A stretch of DNA of 64,000 bases from an uncultured Candidatus Saccharibacteria bacterium (lineage in GTDB: Bacteria > Patescibacteriota > Minisyncoccia > Phycocordibacterales > UBA918), in the NCBI GenBank assembly GCA_964350735.1, contig CAYGKO010000004.1, positions 83,583 to 147,582 on the forward strand. The letters run 5' to 3'. This document shows positions 57,573 to 64,000 of this stretch, one piece after another. Below the pieces are notes generated by a model. It had not been told where the DNA came from, made no database searches, and saw only the letters and a list, made by a program, of their open reading frames with translations. Each line of letters begins with the position of its first letter. The stretch's first letter is position 1. Position numbers and translations under genes: made by a program.

Positions 57573-58265
57573 CTATAAATATTTTTTAATAATGTCTAAG
57601 GTAGCTTCCCCTGTTGCATCATAGAGCTCGTCGACTGCGATCGAAACGTGGGCCATGTCTCGATACAGCTTTAGTCGGTCGCGCAGCAACTGCGGATAAC
57701 AGCGTTTGAGAGCCGTCATATCTTCTTCACCGGGAGTTGGTTTAAAGGAATCTCCCCACAGCACTGGCTTGGGCTCAGCAAAATACCTCTCACACAGTTC
57801 ATCAATACTATCTTCACCCACATCAATATGGACAGTGAGACACTCATTGCTCAGCCAGGTTTTCGCACTATCAGATAAGTAGATAACACTACCGGTAGTA
57901 TCGAACACTAAGTTCTTGCCGTCCGTATCAAGCGACGCCAAGTGAGTGCACTTCTCTTCGGCTACCAAATACTCAGCTGCCCGGGCAGCGTGGGTCGGAC
58001 TGGTAGGGTATGACAGCCACGCACTAATGTCCTCCATGTTCTCGATCCCCAGCGCGGCTTGAATGTGTGCATCTACTTCGTACCAATAAAAATCGAGTTG
58101 ATCACGCAAGACTGTTGAACGATATGACTTCCCTCCATTAGACATTCCAATAAAAGCTAAGCGGAAGGTTCCGCTGGCAACATGCTGATCAAGCTCAGCG
58201 GCAGTAAGTTGTTCTGTATTCATTAGTCTGATTGTGCCATATTTTGTTTTGACATTCACCCCCAA
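57573..58265 (-). CDS. P-loop NTPase of unknown function (small kinase-like)
   Basis: Walker A FIGMSNGGKS. Length is 230 aa. Co-directional with thrC, 3 nt away. Confidence 0.45.
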   Translation of the reverse strand: MGVNVKTKYGTIRLMNTEQLTAAELDQHVASGTFRLAFIGMSNGGKSYRSTVLRDQLDFYWYEVDAHIQAALGIENMEDISAWLSYPTSPTHAARAAEYLVAEEKCTHLASLDTDGKNLVFDTTGSVIYLSDSAKTWLSNECLTVHIDVGEDSIDELCERYFAEPKPVLWGDSFKPTPGEEDMTALKRCYPQLLRDRLKLYRDMAHVSIAVDELYDATGEATLDIIKKYL

Positions 58266-58277
58266 GCTACGTACTGT

Positions 58278-59459
58278 ATGGAAATGAAAATTCTGAGCAT
58301 CGAAACATCAGCTGATGAGTCAGCGGTGAGCATCGTCGAGACAGACGGTGAATTTCCAACTGCCACCTACACACTCCTTGGTAATTCCTTGCGGACCCAA
58401 ATCGAAATGCACCGTGAGTACGGGGGTATCTTCCCGGCTATGGCACGCCGTGAACACGCCAAGGCCCTCGTGCCACTCTTGCAACACTGTCTCGAAGAGG
58501 CAGAGATGCTGGAAGTGGAAAGTCAAGAAATAACTTCAACCGACCGGGAGCACATCCAATCCATCTTGGACCGCGAACCAGATATGACCAAGGTATTTTT
58601 AGAACTTGTCGAGAACCACGCCCGTCCGGAGATCGACCTGATCGCGGTCACGAGCGGTCCTGGCTTGGAGCCTGCCCTCTGGGTTGGCGTCAGCTTCGCC
58701 AAAGCCCTGGCCCATATGTGGAATATTCCAGTGGTCCCCGTGAATCACATGGAGGGCCATATCCTAGCGTCGGTTTTTGATGTGGAAGAAGATGATCAGC
58801 TAGCGCAAATTGAATTCCCTACGCTGTCGCTCCTAATTTCCGGTGGCCACACGGAGCTGATCCTCATGAAAAACTGGGGTCAGTATAAAAAGATCGGCCA
58901 GACTCGTGATGACGCCGTCGGTGAAGCCTTTGATAAAGTTGCTCGCTTGATGGGACTGCCGTATCCGGGCGGCCCCGAGATTGGTAAGCTGGCGAGCAAA
59001 GCTCGCCAGCAAAATCTTCCCCCTTTCAAAGATGATCTCCCTCGGCCAATGCTGCACAGCAAAGACTTCGACTTTTCATTTTCTGGTCTCAAGACCGCTG
59101 TCCGCTACGCCATTGAAGGCAAGGAACTAACTGAAATTGACCAGATGGCTATCGCCCGGGACTTTGAAGACGCCGTCACCGAGGTGCTCTTAAAGAAAAC
59201 CGCGGCCGCTGTGGATGAGTATGGTATTCAGACGGTCATCGTCGGTGGCGGCGTCAGCGCCAGTACCTATATCCGCCAACAATTCAATGCTGGCTTTCTC
59301 GAGTCACACCCCGACCTCCAGATCTACTTCCCCACCCCCGGCCTCTCAACCGACAATTCCATCATGATTGCTTTAGCTGGCCACGCCAAAGCCGACGGAC
59401 GCCTCAGCCCCCAAGGCGCGATCGATTCAATCCGAGCAGATGGAAATAAATCTCTTTAA
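58278..59459 (+). CDS. tsaD: tRNA N6-adenosine threonylcarbamoyltransferase (Kae1/TsaD family)
   Basis: ILSIETSADESAVSIV N-terminus. Metal-binding HMEGHIL. GGVSAS motif. Length is 393 aa. Confidence 0.85.
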   Translation: MEMKILSIETSADESAVSIVETDGEFPTATYTLLGNSLRTQIEMHREYGGIFPAMARREHAKALVPLLQHCLEEAEMLEVESQEITSTDREHIQSILDREPDMTKVFLELVENHARPEIDLIAVTSGPGLEPALWVGVSFAKALAHMWNIPVVPVNHMEGHILASVFDVEEDDQLAQIEFPTLSLLISGGHTELILMKNWGQYKKIGQTRDDAVGEAFDKVARLMGLPYPGGPEIGKLASKARQQNLPPFKDDLPRPMLHSKDFDFSFSGLKTAVRYAIEGKELTEIDQMAIARDFEDAVTEVLLKKTAAAVDEYGIQTVIVGGGVSASTYIRQQFNAGFLESHPDLQIYFPTPGLSTDNSIMIALAGHAKADGRLSPQGAIDSIRADGNKSL

Positions 59460-59476
59460 AGACAGACGGGGATCAC

Positions 59477-60121
59477 TCACTCTTGCGAAACCACTTTTTT
59501 CTTTCCTGACACTTGCCCAAACACCAACTCAGGGAGTGGAATGTCTGAGAAATTTGGATCAACTTTTTTAGCTATTATGCCTAATATACTACCACCCGTT
59601 TCTTTTCGACCGACAATTTTAGAATTAATGTCACCTCCTTCAAACCCAAGGGTTATATGAAAATCTTTTTCCTGCAAACCAAGCGAATTTCTAAATGTAT
59701 CGAGCGCTGGAATATCAAGCGTCACAAAACAAGTTCTCCGAGACATATCTGCTGGACGTAGTTCCGACTGAGAAGCACCATCAATATAGCCAATACCTGT
59801 CACCTCAACACCATCACCAGCCCGTATTGATCTACCTATCTCGTGCAGATCTTCAAACTGTTCGTCAGTTATATGCTGAAAAACTCGCCCCTCGTGTGGG
59901 GAGATGATTGTGAGATGGGCCCCTTCTGCTCGAGACTGCATAGCAGTCCCTAACTTTGCATTTACTGCCGCCAACGTGCCCGAAAAATCTGTTGCTACTT
60001 CTAAGGACAAAGTCGCCAGCTCAGACAGCCGCTCTTTAGTGAGCATTTCTGCATGAGCAGGCTTTCTATACGATTCATCCATGTATCTAGTATACAAAAT
60101 ATAAAGTCCACATTCATCCAT
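59477..60121 (-). CDS. 2H phosphoesterase superfamily protein (LigT/cyclic phosphodiesterase-like)
   Basis: Two H-x-T-x motifs: AHLTII and FHITLGF. Length is 214 aa. Confidence 0.55.
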   Translation of the reverse strand: MDECGLYILYTRYMDESYRKPAHAEMLTKERLSELATLSLEVATDFSGTLAAVNAKLGTAMQSRAEGAHLTIISPHEGRVFQHITDEQFEDLHEIGRSIRAGDGVEVTGIGYIDGASQSELRPADMSRRTCFVTLDIPALDTFRNSLGLQEKDFHITLGFEGGDINSKIVGRKETGGSILGIIAKKVDPNFSDIPLPELVFGQVSGKKKVVSQE

Positions 60122-60199
60122 GTGAGCAAACTTCTTAAAAATTTACAATAAGAAAACGCGTAACGAGTGCATTTTCTCATCCCATACTGGGAATGCACG

Positions 60200-60694
60200 T
60201 TACGCGTTATGGAGCTTTGTAGACAGGCAGCTTTTGCCCATCAGTGCGACAGGGTTTTCCCCTTCTTCCAGCTCAGTGCCTGTCCATTTTTGAACTTCTC
60301 TCAAAACGACAGTCCGCCCATCTGAAAGCGTCATCGTGATTTCAAAAATCGACTCTGATAGATAGTTTGTTTCTTGTGGATCAGCTGGATCCGGCTCAGA
60401 TGTTCGATCTGGTTCTTTGACGCACTTAACATCAATAGCGGCGACCAGTTCGTTACTATCGAACAAACTCAGCAGAAAACCAATCTGCAAAGCATCACCT
60501 GTCCGGTGATATCCCTTTTTATGAGGACTGAATACTTCTCCGTCGATTTCCATTGATACGATGTCGACGGCAAAATCATTAGCTTCCCCGTGCATATCAA
60601 TGTAATCAGCAGACCAGTAGAACGGGTCCCTGTCTCCAGCAGTACTGTAGACCATTGCCGTGTGTTTGATTTGCATTTCTGCCTCCTTCGGCAT
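60200..60694 (-). CDS. Hypothetical protein
   Basis: Length is 164 aa with no recognisable motif. Confidence 0.4.
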   Translation of the reverse strand: MPKEAEMQIKHTAMVYSTAGDRDPFYWSADYIDMHGEANDFAVDIVSMEIDGEVFSPHKKGYHRTGDALQIGFLLSLFDSNELVAAIDVKCVKEPDRTSEPDPADPQETNYLSESIFEITMTLSDGRTVVLREVQKWTGTELEEGENPVALMGKSCLSTKLHNA

Positions 60695-60901
60695 TATTTG
60701 TTACATTTTGAAAGACCATGTTTTGGCTTTGGTCGTAAGCCATACAGCTGTCCTTACCTCAAAGGCCTAGGGTGCTGTTTGAGCCTTCAAGATTTGGCTC
60801 AGATAAACTACTTATATTATAACATATTTTAAGTAAAAATCAAGTATATTACTTACAATATTCTTTATATACAGTCGATTCCATGCTACGATTCGCCTAC
60901 T

Positions 60902-63112
60902 ATGAGCGACCAAAAACCAAGTATCCCAGAGGTATTTTTACAACCATACAATCCAGAGGCGCACGAGGATAAACTCTACGCCATGTGGGAAGAATCAGGC
61001 TTTTTTAATCCTGATGTGTGTATCGAAAAAGGAGTGACTGACAAAGACGCTGAACCGTTTTCGATCGTGCTCCCTCCTCCGAATGTTACCGGCACCCTGC
61101 ACATGGGACACGCTAGTATGCTCGCTATCGAGGATATTTTGGTACGTCATCATCGGATGGCCGGGAAGAAAGCCCTCTGGATCCCTGGTACCGACAGCGC
61201 TGCGCTCGCCACCCAAAGTAAAGTCGAAGGGATTATCTACAAAAAAGAAAAGCTCCGTCGGACTGATATTGGTCGCGAAGCCCTCCTTGAACGGATCGAC
61301 GAGTTTGTGGAAGAAAGCAAGAACACCATCATCAATCAAACTAAGAAGATGGGCTCTAGCCTCGATTGGTCGCGCTACGCCTTCACCATGGACGAACCAC
61401 GCTACGCCGCCGTGATGGAAGCCTTCATCCGCATGTACAACGACGGACTTATCTATCGCGGCGCGCGGAGCGTGAACTGGGACCCGGCGATGCAGACTAC
61501 TGTGTCAGACGACGAAGTCGTTTACGAAGAAACCAACAGCCCCTTTTATTATTTCAAATACGGCCCCTTCACTATCGGAACCGTACGACCCGAAACTAAG
61601 TTCGGTGACAAGTACGTCGTGATGCACCCTGATGATGCTCGTTACGCTGAATATACCCACGGCCAGCAAATCGAAGTTGCATGGATTAACGGTCCAATCA
61701 CCGCCACCATCATTAAGGACGAAGCGGCTGATCCGGAAATGGGCTCTGGTGTGATGACGATTACCCCGTGGCATAGCGCGATCGACTTTGAGATCGCTGA
61801 GCGGCACGGACTTGATAAAGAACCAGTGATCGATGAACGCGGTCTCCTGCTTGATATTGCCGGAGAATTTGCCGGCCAACACATCAAAAAAGCTCGCGCG
61901 GCGATTGTAGAGAAGATGCGTGAGAAAGGCTTAGTTGAGAAAGTCGAAGAAGACTATGTGAACAAAGTCGCCACCAACGAACGCGGTGGTGGAGTCATCG
62001 AACCCCAGATCAAATCACAGTGGTGGATCGACGTGAACAAAGCGTTTGCCATGGGTCCAAGTGAAATTCCTGGCATTACTGAAGGCGATACCGTTACCCT
62101 CAAACAACTCATGATCAAAACCATCGAAGCTGGTGGGACCGAAATCATGCCCGAGCGTTACGAACGCGTCTACTACAACTGGATCAACAACCTGCACGAC
62201 TGGTGTATCTCACGGCAGATTTGGTACGGACACCGGATCCCCGCCTGGTTTAAGGATGACGAAGTTAAAGTACAAGTCGAATCTCCAGGCGACGGTTGGG
62301 AACAAGACTCCGACACGCTTGATACCTGGTTCTCTTCTGGTTTGTGGACCATGTCGACCCTGGGCTGGCCAAACGAGACAAATGACTTCAAAACCTACCA
62401 CCCTACCGCCGTCCTCGAAACTGGCTACGATATTCTCTTTTTCTGGGTCGCCCGCATGATTCTGATGACTACCTACCTCACTGGGCAGGTGCCGTTTAAG
62501 AACGTCTACCTCCACGGCCTGGTGCGTGACAATAACGGCAAGAAGATGAGTAAAAGTCTCGGGAATATTATTGATCCGCTCGATATGATCGCTAAGTACG
62601 GTACCGACGCCACGCGCCTCTCACTCATCGCTGGCGCTGCTCCTGGTAATGACCTTGCCTTGGGCGAAGACAAGATCAAAGCCTACAAGAAGTTTGCCAA
62701 CAAACTCTGGAACATCACCCGCTTTACCCTTGAGAACACTACCGACTACACTAGTGCCGACTACACCGCAGCCGATGAAAAATACGAAGCTGAACACCTA
62801 CGTCCAACTATAGAGGCTGTGACTAAAGACATCGAAGACTTCCGACTTGATCTCGCCGCCGACAAGCTCTATCACTTCGTCTGGGATCATTTCGCGAGTG
62901 AAATGATCGAGGAGTCGAAGCCGCTCTTACAAAGCGACGATGCGGCAGTGAAAGCCTCACGCCAACGACTATTGACCGAATACCTCACCACCTCACTCAA
63001 GCTCCTGCATCCCTTCATGCCGTTTGTGACCGAGACCATCTGGCAAGAGCTCCCCAAAGAAATGAAAGATCAGGATATATTGATGGTCGCCAAGTGGCCA
63101 GAAACAAAATAG
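60902..63112 (+). CDS. valS: Valine--tRNA ligase, short form lacking the C-terminal coiled-coil domain
   Basis: Class I signatures PPPNVTGTLHMGHA (HIGH) and KMSKSLGN. ValRS-type N-terminus YNPEAHEDKLYAMWEE. Length is 736 aa. Confidence 0.8.
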   Translation: MSDQKPSIPEVFLQPYNPEAHEDKLYAMWEESGFFNPDVCIEKGVTDKDAEPFSIVLPPPNVTGTLHMGHASMLAIEDILVRHHRMAGKKALWIPGTDSAALATQSKVEGIIYKKEKLRRTDIGREALLERIDEFVEESKNTIINQTKKMGSSLDWSRYAFTMDEPRYAAVMEAFIRMYNDGLIYRGARSVNWDPAMQTTVSDDEVVYEETNSPFYYFKYGPFTIGTVRPETKFGDKYVVMHPDDARYAEYTHGQQIEVAWINGPITATIIKDEAADPEMGSGVMTITPWHSAIDFEIAERHGLDKEPVIDERGLLLDIAGEFAGQHIKKARAAIVEKMREKGLVEKVEEDYVNKVATNERGGGVIEPQIKSQWWIDVNKAFAMGPSEIPGITEGDTVTLKQLMIKTIEAGGTEIMPERYERVYYNWINNLHDWCISRQIWYGHRIPAWFKDDEVKVQVESPGDGWEQDSDTLDTWFSSGLWTMSTLGWPNETNDFKTYHPTAVLETGYDILFFWVARMILMTTYLTGQVPFKNVYLHGLVRDNNGKKMSKSLGNIIDPLDMIAKYGTDATRLSLIAGAAPGNDLALGEDKIKAYKKFANKLWNITRFTLENTTDYTSADYTAADEKYEAEHLRPTIEAVTKDIEDFRLDLAADKLYHFVWDHFASEMIEESKPLLQSDDAAVKASRQRLLTEYLTTSLKLLHPFMPFVTETIWQELPKEMKDQDILMVAKWPETK

Positions 63113-63123
63113 TGAAGCTACAC

Positions 63124-63168
63124 AAACAAAAGACCGGTAGATTCTGCGAATCCGCCGGTCTTTTGTTT
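63124..63168. terminator. Terminator after valS
   Basis: aaacaaaagaccgg-tagattctgcgaatccg-ccggtcttttgttt. Confidence 0.75.
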
Positions 63169-63238
63169 GACTTTTCCTACTACAAAACCTATATTTGATC
63201 TTAGTTTGGTATAAGAAAAAGCGAGAGGGGTTTCACTG

Positions 63239-63655
63239 ATGGATTGCAAATCTGAAACACTGGTATCAAATATCATCTACGCCGGTGACGGCACCATTGC
63301 ATTCACTACTGAATATGGTGAAGAAATGTCTGTCCGTGGAAGACTTGAACTGTATACGCACGGAAACCCAGACACTGACCTTGTTCCAAGCGGAAAATCT
63401 CGCATTGAGATTGAGCGTAATGGCTTTGTCTACTCTTATGAACTACGTTTTGCTGGAGAAGACGGTGTGCTTACAGAAGTCATCATTCCTTTTGAGCCAG
63501 GTTATGAAGTTCTCGAAATAAATGCGAGCTTTGCGACGCTCTGGTGTCCTGAAAAACGCACTGAATACTTCTTACTCCGGGAGCTTGGGCATCCTTGGAA
63601 TGAAATCGAATTAACTGGTCGAGTTGAGCACGAGTTAATGCACCTTAAAATCTAG
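63239..63655 (+). CDS. Hypothetical protein
   Basis: Length is 138 aa. Preceded by gagagggg, a possible RBS. Confidence 0.45.
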   Translation: MDCKSETLVSNIIYAGDGTIAFTTEYGEEMSVRGRLELYTHGNPDTDLVPSGKSRIEIERNGFVYSYELRFAGEDGVLTEVIIPFEPGYEVLEINASFATLWCPEKRTEYFLLRELGHPWNEIELTGRVEHELMHLKI

Positions 63656-63789
63656 CGCTTGACTAAACCGTCACTAATAATGTCTGTCCGTCCGGACCGC
63701 GAAACGTTCGTGGTACGGGCGTTTTTCGTCTCCCCAGACTGGCGCTGGCGGAGCGCTCGCCCCGCCAGCGGCTTGGTACAATAGACGCA

Positions 63790-64000
63790 GTGGAATCTAC
63801 TCACTTTGCGATCGCGTTCGTTGCCGGCCTGATACCCGCCTTATTTTGGCTGTGGTTTTGGCTCCGTGAAGACAAAGCCCGACCTGAACCCTATGGACTC
63901 ATCGCCCTGGCGTTTATCGCCGGCATGATGGTCGTCCCACTTGCCCTTCCTCTCCAGAAACTGGCCTGCGATCTCTTCCAGGGCGGCATCTGCCACCCGC
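63790..64000 (+). CDS. Partial polytopic membrane protein (N-terminal part only; putative GTG start)
   Basis: Open frame to the window end encoding ...HFAIAFVAGLIPALFWLWFWLREDKARPEPYGLIALAFIAGMMVVPLALPL. A GC-rich inverted repeat lies upstream. Confidence 0.4.
   Translation, partial: MESTHFAIAFVAGLIPALFWLWFWLREDKARPEPYGLIALAFIAGMMVVPLALPLQKLACDLFQGGICHP

Noticed and set aside
1-64000. Alternative genetic code (for example code 25 with UGA as Gly), given the CPR-like content
   Set aside because: Long housekeeping ORFs are intact under code 11. TGA is used as a genuine stop, for example at 6813-6815, and no in-frame TGA is needed to complete any conserved protein.

Overview
This looks like a chromosomal segment from a small-genome bacterium, probably Candidate Phyla Radiation (Saccharibacteria/TM7-like). 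That assignment is my inference from gene content: compact genes, a short IF-2, a short ValRS, a Gly-rich surface protein and many small two-TM pilin-like paralogs. The backbone is housekeeping: topA (3' part), rel, orphan parB, miaA, clpB, a cysteine desulfurase, infB-rbfA, trhO, gyrA, rpsA, pth, lepB, a HisRS-like gene, rpsU, ybeY, ftsA-ftsZ, trxB, glmS, an MsbA-like ABC exporter, tsaC, nrnA, thrC, tsaD and valS. There are nine tRNAs (Leu x3, Trp, Tyr, Cys, Lys, Glu, Val) and many clean rho-independent hairpin terminators. The translation tables behave as code 11; TGA acts as a stop. Two accessory loci stand out. (i) A tight minus-strand operon at 7469-10445 encodes four secreted or membrane proteins. 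In three of them an N-terminal VirB2/TrbC-like two-helix pilin module is fused to a cell-wall-hydrolase-like or Cys-rich C-terminal domain; the fourth (8974-9489) is a TM-anchored hypothetical. One C-terminal domain carries clear family-1 lytic transglycosylase motifs. (ii) A minus-strand cluster at 26206-30064 holds five small VirB2-like pilin paralogs together with a SAM methyltransferase and an orphan ABC-type solute-binding protein. It sits next to an SPFH/band-7 membrane module (23429-26131) and a tRNA cluster. Other notable signals: tRNA 3'-end fragment duplications beside two tRNA-Leu genes; a CRISPR-like but cas-less pair of 46-nt direct repeats (33236-33389); a pair of ~52-nt direct repeats after ftsZ; large nested palindromes serving as bidirectional terminators; a RelE/ParE-AbrB toxin-antitoxin pair; and a His-rich cupredoxin-like membrane protein next to a VIT1 transporter. 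All domain calls come from reading motifs by eye. No database searches were run.
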